Virus record (IMG/VR): IMGVR_UViG_3300029286_000020
Location: 27,549-91,548 of that record
Source: a virus
Length of the DNA: 64,000 nt
Direction: 5' to 3' (one strand)
In this document: positions 45,711 through 55,823 of the stretch, one piece after another
Numbering within the stretch: position 1 is the stretch's first letter
Layout of the letters: each line of letters begins with the position of its first letter
Notes under the pieces: model-generated
What the model was told of the DNA's origin: nothing
Databases searched by the model: none
Seen by the model: the letters and a program-made list of their open reading frames with translations, nothing else
Made by a program: the position numbers and the translations under genes

Positions 45711-47861
45711 TCAACCACCTTTGAGGTGGTTGGCAACCGATGTCGAGACCAGATCCACCAGTGTTTTCGTCAGGGACTCGAAATTCTTGCCCTTCTTGAC
45801 ACGCCTCCATCGGCGCTTGTTGCCGAACATCTTGTGGCAAGCGGCGGTGTCGATGCCATCTCCGATCACGAGCGTTGTGGTCTCAACCTTCAGCTTCGAC
45901 GCGCGCGTCAGCTCTCGGTGAACGGCATCGTAGGCGGACTTACCATCAAGGGTGTCGTCGTGGTTTGGCTCTCCGTCGGTCAGTAGGATGAGGTGCTTCT
46001 TCTCGTACCCTGCGCTCAACCAGTTCAGCGCAATCCGGATCGCTGTCGCCATCGGCGTCGTTCCGATCGCAGGCATCTCGTGGCTATCAGCGACGTCGAT
46101 GTTTGGTGCGATGCGTGAGATGCACACCGACTTGTTTGACCCGTGGAAGCCCCATGAGTGCATCTCGACGTTCTGGATTTTCAAGGCTCCTCGCAAGATC
46201 CGAGCGGCGCGCTCAACTGCTACGGAGGGGTGCCCATCCATCGAGGAGGAGCGGTCGGTGAGGATCAGTACCTTGAACCCGCGCCCGGATATGTCGGTGC
46301 GGAACACCGGGCCGACTTGGCCAGACACTCTTTGCGCGATGAGGGCCTGCACATCGATCTCGACACCGTCGTCGGTAAGCGCCTTCGCATTCCGGTTCTT
46401 CACGCGGCGGAAGATGTCTTTCATGCGCGCCACCGTGCGGAGGTCATCAGGATTGAGGGCCTGCACTTTGTGTGTCGCGACGTCGATGTCTCTGAAGACC
46501 ACCCGGTCGCCCACGTTGCGCGTGCTCCAGTCGCGCTCCGAAGGATCAGCCACCTGTTCGAGGGCCTCTTGGATGGTGTCCATCACCTTGACCATGTCCT
46601 CCTCGGACTTGTCGAGGAAGGCATCGAGGGCGTCTTTGTTGGAGACGTCGGTCGCGTAGGCGTCTGCGACGAGCTTCCGTGCGTTGGTCGAGAAGCTGTT
46701 GTCCTTTACAGCAGAGGGTCTGTCGTTGTTGACCCGATCGAGGGCTGTCTGCATGGGTGACTTCGCTGCCTGACCGATCGCTCTTGCAGCGTCGAGGAGC
46801 TTCTTGAAGGCGTCAATCCGCTCTTCTGGAGTGGCGTCTACCTTGGGTGGTTCCCAATCCGCTCCTCCGCCTGCACCACTCCCGTCGCCGCTAGAAGCCG
46901 GGGACGAAGGTTGCGTCGAGGACTGTGCGGTGTCGTCAGGTTGAGCCCCCTTGCCACCGCCTTTGGCAGCGGCACCGGCGTCACCGTCACCAGCATCACC
47001 GTCGTCCCCATCAGGGGAGTCGTCTCCACCATCAGCGTCGTCTCCGGAGTCTTTCCCCATGTCGTCGAGGTCGGTCTTCATGGTCGACTTGCCTGCGTTG
47101 GGAGGCGGCGGGAGCTTCTTGGTGATGCGGATCATCTCAGAGACGATCTGGGTCATCAGCCACTTGCCAATCACGAACGTAGACCCGGGACCCTTGCGCT
47201 CAACCTTCTTCAGCGAAGCGACCATCGCAGGCTCGAAGCGGTCGAACACGCCGGAAGGGACCTTCGCGTTGTAGGCCACGCAGAGGAAGTAGCCGATGAT
47301 GTCGTCGTGGGCAGTCGCCTTCTTCTTCTGGACGATGGCGCGGCTGTGTTCTTCGAGGCGCTTGTAGCTGCCCGGGTAGAGCATGGCCCAGAGGCTGTTG
47401 ACGCGGTGGTCTTCGATGACGTTCAAGATCGTGGCGACCATGCCTGTCAGGTGGTTGCGGTCGGTGTCATTCATCACCGTGCCGAAGGCAGCGAGGGCTT
47501 TTGACACCTGCAGGACGTACTGCTCGCAGAAGGTCTTCTTCGCCTCGAAGTTCGACTTGAACAGGTTGTGCGAGATCTCGTGCTCGACAAATTCGTAGAA
47601 GTAGGGGTGGCTGACTGGTGCTCCGATGTTCACGCCGTCGGTGTACGCGAACTTCGCGTCGATCAGGTCCAACCTGCGCCCCAAGAGGCGGCTGAAGGTT
47701 GTCACCGTTTTCGTCGCAGCGACGAGTCGGTCCCGTAGGACGCTCTCCTCTGACTCCATCGCGAGCAGCTGCCCGTAGCGTTCAAGGCTGGCAAGGTCGT
47801 TGACCAGCGCAAGGTCGGAGGCGAGGGTGATGTGCTTTGTGTTGATTTGCTCAGTGGTCAT
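45711..47861 (-). CDS. vWA (MIDAS) domain protein with N-terminal HExxH region (CobT-like)
   Basis: AYTDG...HEISH...NVIEDHRV; acidic Gly linker; DRSSSM, GTTP, LLTDGEP. Confidence 0.85.
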   Translation of the reverse strand: MTTEQINTKHITLASDLALVNDLASLERYGQLLAMESEESVLRDRLVAATKTVTTFSRLLGRRLDLIDAKFAYTDGVNIGAPVSHPYFYEFVEHEISHNLFKSNFEAKKTFCEQYVLQVSKALAAFGTVMNDTDRNHLTGMVATILNVIEDHRVNSLWAMLYPGSYKRLEEHSRAIVQKKKATAHDDIIGYFLCVAYNAKVPSGVFDRFEPAMVASLKKVERKGPGSTFVIGKWLMTQIVSEMIRITKKLPPPPNAGKSTMKTDLDDMGKDSGDDADGGDDSPDGDDGDAGDGDAGAAAKGGGKGAQPDDTAQSSTQPSSPASSGDGSGAGGGADWEPPKVDATPEERIDAFKKLLDAARAIGQAAKSPMQTALDRVNNDRPSAVKDNSFSTNARKLVADAYATDVSNKDALDAFLDKSEEDMVKVMDTIQEALEQVADPSERDWSTRNVGDRVVFRDIDVATHKVQALNPDDLRTVARMKDIFRRVKNRNAKALTDDGVEIDVQALIAQRVSGQVGPVFRTDISGRGFKVLILTDRSSSMDGHPSVAVERAARILRGALKIQNVEMHSWGFHGSNKSVCISRIAPNIDVADSHEMPAIGTTPMATAIRIALNWLSAGYEKKHLILLTDGEPNHDDTLDGKSAYDAVHRELTRASKLKVETTTLVIGDGIDTAACHKMFGNKRRWRRVKKGKNFESLTKTLVDLVSTSVANHLKGG

Positions 47862-47863
47862 GT

Positions 47864-48706
47864 TCACACCTTCTCAGTCAGGGTGTAACCGAAGATCGAG
47901 GACACTCGCGCCTTGACCACCGTCTGGTCTTCACCCTCGAACTTGCCGAGGACGATCCGCAGCGCGCGCTCCATCCCGACCGTGGCGCTGTCTTCAAGGA
48001 CCTGAACGACGTCGCGGGGGCTGAGTGCGTACTCAAGGGCCTTCTGTCGGGTCTCCTGCGCAAGCAGCATTACCTTCTTCATGCTGACCGGGTCGACCTT
48101 GCCCGCGAAGTGCGCGGCGATGATCTTGGCCTCCTCCTCGGGCTGGGGGTAGCCCAGCGAGAGCATACGGAACCGGCTCTTGAGGTCTTCGTTCAGCGCG
48201 TAGACGCCACCGTAGGCCGATGTGTTCATCGTGCCGACCACCCAGAGCTTCGCGTCCTTCTTCAGCTCGAAGACCCTGTTGCACTCGGGCACCTCCATCC
48301 TGCGTCGGAAGTCGGCGATCGGGTTGAGCACCTTCTGCATCTGGGGTGAGAGCCCGTTGATCTCTTCGAGGACGAGGATGCAGGACCCGACCTCGTTGGC
48401 GACCTCAAACGCCGTCGTGATGGGGCCGAGGATGAAGGGTGTCTCGTTCCCCTTCAGGACGTACATGCCGAGGAGGTTGGCGCGGCGAACGTCCTCGCTG
48501 CAGTCGAAGGTGACGATCGGCGTCTTCGCCTTCGCTGCGTAGCTCTGGAAGGACATCGTCTTGCCGATGCCCTTGGGCCCGACGAGGATGAGGTTCGACC
48601 GGAAGGCGAGCCCATCGAAGAGTCCGTGGAGGCCCCAGACGTCGGCGTAGGGGAGGTTGTCACGCGCAGCGTAAGTCGTAGACGGGAGTCGTTCAACTGA
48701 GGTCAT
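47864..48706 (-). CDS. MoxR/CbbQ-type AAA+ ATPase
   Basis: GPKGIGKT, LVLEEIN, VGTMN...YGG...LNEDLKSRF, LSPRD. Confidence 0.88.
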   Translation of the reverse strand: MTSVERLPSTTYAARDNLPYADVWGLHGLFDGLAFRSNLILVGPKGIGKTMSFQSYAAKAKTPIVTFDCSEDVRRANLLGMYVLKGNETPFILGPITTAFEVANEVGSCILVLEEINGLSPQMQKVLNPIADFRRRMEVPECNRVFELKKDAKLWVVGTMNTSAYGGVYALNEDLKSRFRMLSLGYPQPEEEAKIIAAHFAGKVDPVSMKKVMLLAQETRQKALEYALSPRDVVQVLEDSATVGMERALRIVLGKFEGEDQTVVKARVSSIFGYTLTEKV

Positions 48707-48758
48707 GGTTTGCTCCTGACAGGGATGTAACTGGTGATGTGGTGTAGTGAACGGGAGA

Positions 48759-49292
48759 TCAGCGCCGCGATTTCTTCGCGGGGACCACCCCGGGAGGGAT
48801 GCTGCTTTCGAGCAGGCTTTCCAGCTCACCGGAGGGCTTGACCACAAGCGCCCACGTCACCTTGTAGAGGGCCTTCGCCTCTTCTTCGGTCAGCTGCCCG
48901 TTCTCGACGAGGAGCGCGACTTTGCTGGGGTTCGCGACGTGGACGGTGACCTTGTCGAAGGCTTGAGCGGTGGCGATCTTCTTCTTCTCCAGAAGTGCCA
49001 TCAGCTGCTTCTCATCAGGCGCCGATGCGACTCGCCGCTCTTTGATAACGGTGTGGTTTCCGACCGGGAGCCGGAACCCTCCCTTTTCAGTCGCCTCGCC
49101 TTTGTCAGCTTCAACAAGGAGGGACTCGCGGATGACTTCGCGTCGACCCTTCGAGACCTCTTCGATGAAGTGGATGGTGGCGTAGGCCTCGACTTGCTCT
49201 GCGAGCGAGAGTTCAGCCGTAGGCTTCTCGAACTCGCCGCGATGCGTGAGGACGTGGACGATGGCGGCGATGCTGGGTGTCTTGTCGGTCAT
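48759..49292 (-). CDS. Hypothetical protein
   Basis: SD GGAGG before ATG 49292. Confidence 0.65.
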   Translation of the reverse strand: MTDKTPSIAAIVHVLTHRGEFEKPTAELSLAEQVEAYATIHFIEEVSKGRREVIRESLLVEADKGEATEKGGFRLPVGNHTVIKERRVASAPDEKQLMALLEKKKIATAQAFDKVTVHVANPSKVALLVENGQLTEEEAKALYKVTWALVVKPSGELESLLESSIPPGVVPAKKSRR

Positions 49293-49441
49293 GTTGCCTC
49301 CGTGCGGGAGCCATCCCGCGTGCTGGAGGAGTAACACCGATTTTCACGGCTTCACCGCGCGATCCTGACGTCGTCACTCCAGAAAGGACGGTTTGAACCC
49401 CCATCCCGGCAAGCGAATGTTCGGCGCCCTACCGCGCCGTT

Positions 49442-49876
49442 TCAAACTCCCGAAAAGCCGCGCGCCCGGGGAGCAAAGAGAGGGCAGTCCGCTGCACCGG
49501 CAGACGAGAAGTAGCAAGGACGACCATGCTGATGGGACGAGGTGCAGACCATCGGTGGTCCGCCGTCTTGGCGAACCATGTGCGCGAAGTGCTGGCAGAC
49601 ATGGTTGGTGGGCTGACGAACCCCAATCTCAACGAGCTTGGGTGGAGGAGGAGGGGACGGCGGAGGAACTGGCCTGTCTGACAGATCGCGCTTGCGGTCG
49701 CTCACGTCGAGCTGGCGGAATGCTTCGTCCATCACAGCGGGAGAAGCCCGGAGGTCGCCTCGGAGCCGTCTGCGGGCCCACTCCGCCAGAGTGAGGTTCT
49801 CGTCTTTGGCAGCTTGCGTGAACTCGTCAAACTCGACGTTAGAGACCGGAACCGTGATTGCTTTCTTCTTTGTCAT
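49442..49876 (-). CDS. Ribbon-helix-helix-like DNA-binding protein
   Basis: KAITVPVSNVEFDEFTQAAKDENLTLAEWARRRL. Confidence 0.55.
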   Translation of the reverse strand: MTKKKAITVPVSNVEFDEFTQAAKDENLTLAEWARRRLRGDLRASPAVMDEAFRQLDVSDRKRDLSDRPVPPPSPPPPPKLVEIGVRQPTNHVCQHFAHMVRQDGGPPMVCTSSHQHGRPCYFSSAGAADCPLFAPRARGFSGV

Positions 49877-50094
49877 CCATCGTCCTTCAGAGATCCATCG
49901 CCAAGCGGTGGCAAGCCAACCTTGGCGCGCAGGTGGTTCTTGAGCACTTCGCACGAGTCGTAGTTGCTGCACTCTCCGCACCCCGACACCCCGCGCCGAT
50001 ATTGGCACTCAAGGATGTGTTGATCTTCAGCCTCCGTTTCCGGAGACTTTTTTTCTCGAAATTCGACCGTCGAGAGAATCTCACGGAACGCCAT
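49873..50094 (-). CDS. Small Cys-rich hypothetical protein
   Basis: C...CGEC...C; SD GGAGG. Confidence 0.55.
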   Translation of the reverse strand: MAFREILSTVEFREKKSPETEAEDQHILECQYRRGVSGCGECSNYDSCEVLKNHLRAKVGLPPLGDGSLKDDG

Positions 50095-50142
50095 GCTCTC
50101 CCTCCCGTAACAGGGTTGCGGAAAACTTGCTCAGAAGGGCAC

Positions 50143-50958
50143 CTACCCCCGCCAGCCGGGCTCAACCAAGTCGAGGTGATTCTCAAGGTCCTTCAGGCGT
50201 TCTCGGACCAGCTTCTGCTGCTCCAGCTGCGTCCGACTCACGCGTTCCCCCTTCAGATCCCACTCCTCGAACAGAGCGTAGGTGCGTGGCCAGTTGTGCT
50301 GAACGATTTTCGCAACCGCCTCGGCGTAGACGCGAATCTCCTGTTGTGCGTTTGGCGCCATCCGCAGCCCAAGGAAGTGCAGCCAGTTCCGCAGGTTCCC
50401 CTTCACACGCATGCGCGTGTAGCGAGCGACCGGCGTGTTCACACGAGCAACTTCGCGCACAAGACCAGATTCAAGAGCCCGTTCGTACCGATCGTAGACG
50501 TCCTGCTGCTCGTCTCGGAAGCCTGTCACGAGGCTGTCGGCCAGCAGAGGGTCGAGAGGCTCAAGCGCCGAGCCTTGCTTGTTCCCTTTGGACTGCTGGA
50601 CCATACGGTCCATCGGCGGGACGTAGTGCAGGTTCGGCATCTGCGCGTAGCGCGCGGAAAGCTCGTTGTAGGAGAGCGTCCTGTGCCGCATCCACTCCCG
50701 AGCAACGAAGATGGGGAGCTGCACTTCAACGAGCAGCTCGCACATCTCGAACGGCGTGTGGTGCCCCTCGCGGTAGAGGTAGGTCAGGAGCCCGTCGTCG
50801 CCTTTCGGGTGGTCAGGGTATGGATCCCACGAGACGAACCCGCCGCTCGTCGACATACGAGCAGCCTCGATGATGGACTCTTCAGCTCCCATCCAGTCAA
50901 TCAGTTGAACGTAGCCTGCATCGAGGACAGCGGTCCGGTCAGTTCTCTGCAAAGGCAC
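50143..50958 (-). CDS. thyX: Flavin-dependent thymidylate synthase
   Basis: AARMS, HHTPFE, PIFVAREWMRHRTLSYNELSARY, REVAR, NLRNWLHFLGLR, AQQEIR. Confidence 0.96.
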   Translation of the reverse strand: MPLQRTDRTAVLDAGYVQLIDWMGAEESIIEAARMSTSGGFVSWDPYPDHPKGDDGLLTYLYREGHHTPFEMCELLVEVQLPIFVAREWMRHRTLSYNELSARYAQMPNLHYVPPMDRMVQQSKGNKQGSALEPLDPLLADSLVTGFRDEQQDVYDRYERALESGLVREVARVNTPVARYTRMRVKGNLRNWLHFLGLRMAPNAQQEIRVYAEAVAKIVQHNWPRTYALFEEWDLKGERVSRTQLEQQKLVRERLKDLENHLDLVEPGWRG

Positions 50959-51018
50959 CTCTCAAAGCACCTGAGCATGACCGCTCTTGAGGAGCAAGGC
51001 TCTTCAAGAGGGCGTGTC

Positions 51019-51276
51019 TTATCGAGGTCCTGCCTTTGACGCCGTCACAGTCCCAGAGACCAAAGGCTTGCCCCTCGCTGCTGCGGAGAGCGAGGCGGCT
51101 TTGTCGAGGTTGACTGCCAGCGTGTTGAGGACGGCTCCCGCCGCTGCAAGCTTCGGAGGGATTTCGCGCCCCTCAAGCTGCCGATGTCGAATGTTGGTGT
51201 TGAAAAGGCTGGCCACCATCGACACCAACGGGACCAAAACCCCGGCGAGAGCAAAAATGTGTTCAAGATTTTCCAT
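51019..51276 (-). CDS. Small membrane protein (holin-like?)
   Basis: N-terminal hydrophobic helix, basic C-terminus; SD GGAGG. Confidence 0.45.
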   Translation of the reverse strand: MENLEHIFALAGVLVPLVSMVASLFNTNIRHRQLEGREIPPKLAAAGAVLNTLAVNLDKAASLSAAARGKPLVSGTVTASKAGPR

Positions 51277-51325
51277 GAAAGACCTCCCCCACGATGTTGT
51301 CACGGTGGGGGGAGGTTGACCACTT

Positions 51326-51631
51326 TCAGATGACTGTGGGGGTCTTCCCACGTTCCGAAAGGGTGATAGCGATGAAGTTGCGCTGCAACTTGATGCCCTT
51401 CAGAGTATCCGTGTACGGACCCTTTGCTTGGGCGAGGCGATCCTTCAGGTCGGTCACGACCTTGTCTTCCTCCAGAGCCTCCTCGGTGTCCGTCTCGTGG
51501 GAAGCAAGCCGTGTGAGGCGGTCCTCCAGCTCTTGCACAGAGCTGCTCAAGATAGCGTCGACGACGACGTCGGTCACCTTCTTGCGAAGCTTCTTCTCGA
51601 TCTTGACCTTGCGGGTGTCGGTGCTTGTCAT
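51326..51631 (-). CDS. Hypothetical coiled-coil protein
   Basis: SD AGGAG before ATG 51631. Confidence 0.6.
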   Translation of the reverse strand: MTSTDTRKVKIEKKLRKKVTDVVVDAILSSSVQELEDRLTRLASHETDTEEALEEDKVVTDLKDRLAQAKGPYTDTLKGIKLQRNFIAITLSERGKTPTVI

Positions 51632-51697
51632 GCGATCTCCTGTTGAGGCAGGAGTAACAGGCCGACAGAATTTTCGTCTCCCATCATGTGAACTACT

Positions 51698-51729
51698 CAA
51701 AAGAAAAGGGCCCCGTGAGGAGCCCTTTT
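51698..51729. terminator. Terminator hairpin, potentially bidirectional
   Basis: AAAAGAAAAGGGCCCC-GTGA-GGAGCCCTTTT. Confidence 0.75.
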
Positions 51730-51745
51730 GAGGAGGACATCACCT

Positions 51746-54073
51746 TCAGAGCGTGATGGGCTCGCCAACTTGAACAAGAACCTTCGGGTTCGCGCCACCA
51801 TCTGTGAGGATGCCCACACGCTGGACAACGTCGTTCGTTGCGCTCGGAGCCGTGAGCGTGATCTGTCCGGGCAGCAACGCTGACATGAACACACGCTTAC
51901 CGACGTCCGCCGCTGTCGGTGCTGCGTCGAACAGCGCTGCTGGAACCGACGCCACACCCGCGATCCGGATCGTCACCGCTGCCGTGGCAGACGCTGCAGC
52001 GACGGCAAACCCGACCGGACCCTGACGGGCCGTATCGTTCGAGTCGGCCTTCTGCACGTTCGGCGTGCTACCATTGTCAACGTAGCGAACCAAGTCGCCG
52101 AGCAGCAGGTTCTGTTGAGCCACCGAGGCCACGTCCACGAAGGAAAAGGAAGGCGCGGACCACGTCAGCGTTCCCGCGCCGTCGTTCGTCAAGACCGTAC
52201 TGGCTGCGCCAGCCGCCGTCGGCCACGTCGTCGCATTGCCGTTGGCGCTGATTTGCAGATTTCCCGCTGCCGTCAAGTTGACCACGCCCGACGTGATGGT
52301 CGAGAGCGTGAGGTTCGCGCTCGTGACCGAGACGTTGGAAGCAGCCACACCGTCGATGGAGAAGCCACCTGCCGAAGCGACCAAGTCGATAGCGTCGACA
52401 CCCGTACCAGCTGATTGGACGAGCACCTTCTGAGCGCCGCCGCCCGCTGCTGCAAGCGTGAGGCTCTGGGCCGAGCCCGTGACAGTGACGTTCGACGACG
52501 TCGCGCCATCGATCAAGAACGTCCCCGTCGAATCGATGGTGATGCCGCCCGTACCGGCGTCCACATCGATGCCGCCCGCCGCGTTGCTTGCCACGATCCG
52601 CACCGCGTCAGCCGCCGCCTCACCACCGTCGAGGATGAGCGACGCCGCCTGCGCGTCGAGCGTCAAGTCACCTGCCGTGGTCGCCAGCGTGGAGGCTGCG
52701 CCGCCCGTCAGGGACACCGTGCCCACAGTCACCGTGAGGCTGCCAACCAAGGCGAGCGTGTCCGTGCCGGAGTTGTAGGTCAGCTGGGTGTCGCCAGCGA
52801 TGGCGCTGCTCGTCGACCAGAACGCGACTTGGTTCGCGGTGCCTGAGCCCGTGACCATCGCAGGAGCGTTCTCGTAAGACCAAGCTGCGACGACATCGCT
52901 GTTGAGGCCACCGAAGGCAACGATCGAGAGGTAGCCAACGTCACCTGCCGCAAGTGAAGAAGGACCAGTGGCCTCAGACCCCAACCACGTCCAACCCGCA
53001 GGCCAATTGAGCGTGCGAGTCGTTCCATCACACTGGACTCGAACCGAGGCACCACGACCGTTCCCGAGCCCGGTCGTCGAGAAGGTTGCGTTGCCGTTGA
53101 GGGTGACCGAGTTGTAGATGGGCTTGATCGGGTCGGTGTCGATGGTGATCGCACCACCCGCCGCCAGAGGGTTGAACCGATCGAGGGTGAGGTTGTAGCT
53201 CTGGCCCAAGTCGTCTTGGAAGTAGGGCCGAGCGTCCGCTGCCGAGTTCGCCCACAGCTTGCCGAACGCCGTCGTTGGGAGGGTCGGCGCTGCACCCTCT
53301 CCGATGGAGATGACGCCTGAGACCGTCAGCTTCTCGTTGGTGCTGTTGGTGCCAATACCGAGCTGGGCGGCTCCGTCGTTGTAGAACAGCTGTGCAGCCA
53401 CGCCGCCAAAGACGCCGCCGTTGTTGTACTGGACCGCGCCGTCGGTGCCGCCCGGAGTGCTTGCAGCGTCGACATATGCCTTGGTCGCGGCGTCGTGCGG
53501 GAGCGTCGGGTCGGCCATGTTCCGCAGGCGCGAGTTCTCCGTCCGGATGTCGTAGACGCTGGTGTTGTCAACACCGGGCAGGGTCCACGCCGTCGCAGTC
53601 GTCAGCACCGTGGCAGTGTTCGATGCGATGACACGCGATTGACCGACACCCGTGCCTGCCGTGATCTGCACGACGTTGCCAGCGAAGGCGTTGACGCCGA
53701 AAGACGCACCGGAGTCGGTGAGAGTGCTCGCGCCGCCTGACGTTGCAGTTCCCGTAGCCGCCGACACACCGTCCATCACGATGTCGGAGACGATGGTCGA
53801 AACGAGCGTGACGGTGTCGGGGCCATCAACGCCAACGACACCGAAGGTCACGTCGCCTTGGAAGGTCGCATTCGTCTGGAAGGTCGTGCCGGGGACCGTC
53901 GAGATGCCGCCGTCCAGAGCCACCGGACCGGGGAACGAGGTCGTGATGCCGATGCCACCGATGGTGAGGGTTGCCCCCGCCGAAACGATCCCTGCACCGA
54001 CTTGGAGGATGTCAGTCGAGAGGATCCGGCGCTGTGTTCCGCCATCGATAACGAGAGCAGTTTGATTTGGCAT
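51746..54073 (-). CDS. Virion fibre/decoration protein (Gly/Thr/Ala-rich, multi-module)
   Basis: ADPT..HDAATKAYVD, GAVQYNNGGVFGG, LGIGT..EKLTVSG, VLTNDGAGTLTW fibre-type motifs. Confidence 0.7.
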   Translation of the reverse strand: MPNQTALVIDGGTQRRILSTDILQVGAGIVSAGATLTIGGIGITTSFPGPVALDGGISTVPGTTFQTNATFQGDVTFGVVGVDGPDTVTLVSTIVSDIVMDGVSAATGTATSGGASTLTDSGASFGVNAFAGNVVQITAGTGVGQSRVIASNTATVLTTATAWTLPGVDNTSVYDIRTENSRLRNMADPTLPHDAATKAYVDAASTPGGTDGAVQYNNGGVFGGVAAQLFYNDGAAQLGIGTNSTNEKLTVSGVISIGEGAAPTLPTTAFGKLWANSAADARPYFQDDLGQSYNLTLDRFNPLAAGGAITIDTDPIKPIYNSVTLNGNATFSTTGLGNGRGASVRVQCDGTTRTLNWPAGWTWLGSEATGPSSLAAGDVGYLSIVAFGGLNSDVVAAWSYENAPAMVTGSGTANQVAFWSTSSAIAGDTQLTYNSGTDTLALVGSLTVTVGTVSLTGGAASTLATTAGDLTLDAQAASLILDGGEAAADAVRIVASNAAGGIDVDAGTGGITIDSTGTFLIDGATSSNVTVTGSAQSLTLAAAGGGAQKVLVQSAGTGVDAIDLVASAGGFSIDGVAASNVSVTSANLTLSTITSGVVNLTAAGNLQISANGNATTWPTAAGAASTVLTNDGAGTLTWSAPSFSFVDVASVAQQNLLLGDLVRYVDNGSTPNVQKADSNDTARQGPVGFAVAAASATAAVTIRIAGVASVPAALFDAAPTAADVGKRVFMSALLPGQITLTAPSATNDVVQRVGILTDGGANPKVLVQVGEPITL

Positions 54074-54132
54074 GTGGAGGGCCTTCTTTCAGTCAAGTCT
54101 GGGAGGAGGGACTGTGGAGGGAACGGGCAGCG

Positions 54133-54414
54133 CTAGACGCGCTCGAAGCGGGGGTCTGCGTCGAGGATCAGCAGAGAAAGTTCATCGACAAAGTCGAAGG
54201 GAATCTGCTCGCCGATCGGGAACCCCGTCGGATTCTCCAAGATGGTCGGAACCCCGTCCATCTTTGGGACGCAGAGCTTCTTTGTCGGGCCGTAGCTCTC
54301 GACAAGAGCGGGACGAGACGGTTCACCGAGGTACTTGAAAAAAGCCACGTAGACTCCAAGGGTGAAGACACGCGCATCGTAGAGCAGTAGAAAGAAAACG
54401 CACACACCTTGCAT
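54133..54414 (-). CDS. Hypothetical protein
   Basis: 93-aa ORF, last of the minus-strand block. Confidence 0.4.
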   Translation of the reverse strand: MQGVCVFFLLLYDARVFTLGVYVAFFKYLGEPSRPALVESYGPTKKLCVPKMDGVPTILENPTGFPIGEQIPFDFVDELSLLILDADPRFERV

Positions 54415-54441
54415 GGTTGACAAAGCCGGGTGTGACGAGAT

Positions 54442-54675
54442 GTGAAAGGCAAAGTGACCTACCTGAAAGCAGTCTGTTCAACTTGCCTTGGTGTGGACTT
54501 CCTTCATCCACCTCCGCACGAGGATCGCGAATCAGTCGTATGCCCGGGCTGCACGCGAGTCATCCCCTTGAGACAGCCTGTCCGGGTGGAACGCCACTCC
54601 GCGACGCGAGGCATGTCTCCCCCAGAGTTGATCCCAACGCCCCGCCGAGAGCGGGATGGAGTTTTCCGTGGCTAA
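54442..54675 (+). CDS. Small Zn-ribbon protein
   Basis: CSTC...CPGC. Confidence 0.4.
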   Translation: MKGKVTYLKAVCSTCLGVDFLHPPPHEDRESVVCPGCTRVIPLRQPVRVERHSATRGMSPPELIPTPRRERDGVFRG

Positions 54676-55093
54676 GAAACCCGCACCCGCACTGGCAGCT
54701 ACCATCGCACCTACATCCTCCCCGCCGACTGGGCACACCCTGTTCGAGTATGTCGCCAAGGTGGTGCGGGTCCTCGATGGAGACACGGTCGAGGTCGACA
54801 TCCAGAAGGACGTGGGGTTCGGAATCCATATGGAGATCCGAAAGCAGGTGCGGATGCTCGGCATCAACGCGCCAGAATCGTCCGGGGCGACCGCGAAGGA
54901 GGGTCTGGCCAGCAAGGCCCTGCTCTCGACGCTCCTCGTCCCCGGAACGGCCATCCTGATGAAGACGGCGAAGCCAGACCCCAAGGACAAGTACGGTCGG
55001 TTCCTCGCCACCCTCTGGCTCGACGGGCTGAACCTGAACGAGCACATGGTCGTGGCCGGTGCCGCTGTCGCCTACGACGGCGGGAAGCGCTGA
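54656..55093 (+). CDS. Thermonuclease (SNase-like)
   Basis: VVRVLDGDT, VRMLGINAPE, DKYGRFLA, LNEHMV..GAA..YDGG. Confidence 0.92.
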   Translation: MEFSVAKKPAPALAATIAPTSSPPTGHTLFEYVAKVVRVLDGDTVEVDIQKDVGFGIHMEIRKQVRMLGINAPESSGATAKEGLASKALLSTLLVPGTAILMKTAKPDPKDKYGRFLATLWLDGLNLNEHMVVAGAAVAYDGGKR

Positions 55094-55117
55094 GGGTTCC
55101 GTGTTACAGGAGGGCGT

Positions 55118-55489
55118 ATGGTTGATGAAGACGAAGTCAGGCGTGTAGCGACCGAAAACATCGCCCTCCAAACAGAGGTCAGCCGCCTGAAATTCCTTGT
55201 CGACGGACTGACTTCCGAGATGGAAGCGCTGCGGACGCGTTCAGTTGAGTGGGAGCAGTTCTTCCACGAGCACAAGGCGTCGCGGGACGAAGGCTACGAA
55301 GCTGCGCGATCTCGGTACTGGCCCAAGGTCGAGGCTGCCAGAGCCGACACAGACCTGCTGAAGAAAGCCCTGCTGAAGCTCATCGAAGCTGCACGCGATG
55401 TTCCTCCGACAGCGGCGTTGGGGTCGATGATCGTCAACAGTGAGTTCTCTTTGACCCTTGTGGGCCGAGAAGCGCCTCCCCAGACCTGA
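55118..55489 (+). CDS. Hypothetical coiled-coil protein
   Basis: SD AGGAGG. Confidence 0.55.
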   Translation: MVDEDEVRRVATENIALQTEVSRLKFLVDGLTSEMEALRTRSVEWEQFFHEHKASRDEGYEAARSRYWPKVEAARADTDLLKKALLKLIEAARDVPPTAALGSMIVNSEFSLTLVGREAPPQT

Positions 55490-55499
55490 CGAGGACCAT

Positions 55500-55823
55500 A
55501 TGGACCTGAACGAGTACCAGAAGGCCGCTGCGCGCACTTCGTCCCGCCCCATCACCAAGCTCTCGATCGCCGTCAGTGCGATGGGCCTCGCCGGTGAAGC
55601 CGGAGAGGTCGTCGACTTGCTCAAGAAGGAGATCGGCCACGGGCACGACGCGGACCCTGAGAAGCTGTCGAAAGAGTTGGGCGACGTGCTCTGGTACCTG
55701 TCCGACCTCGCCACGCTGCACAACCTGTCGCTGGACGACATCGCGCAAGCGAACATCCTGAAGCTCCTGAAGCGGTACCCAGACGGGTTCAGTACCGAAG
55801 CCAGCCGGAACCGCACGGAATGA
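55500..55823 (+). CDS. MazG-like nucleotide pyrophosphohydrolase
   Basis: LNEYQ, GLAGEAGEVVD, KELGDVLWY, NILKL..RYP.GF. Confidence 0.92.
   Translation: MDLNEYQKAAARTSSRPITKLSIAVSAMGLAGEAGEVVDLLKKEIGHGHDADPEKLSKELGDVLWYLSDLATLHNLSLDDIAQANILKLLKRYPDGFSTEASRNRTE

Noticed and set aside
49293-49441. Possible tRNA or ncRNA in the intergenic gap
   Set aside because: No cloverleaf or T-loop consensus recognisable.
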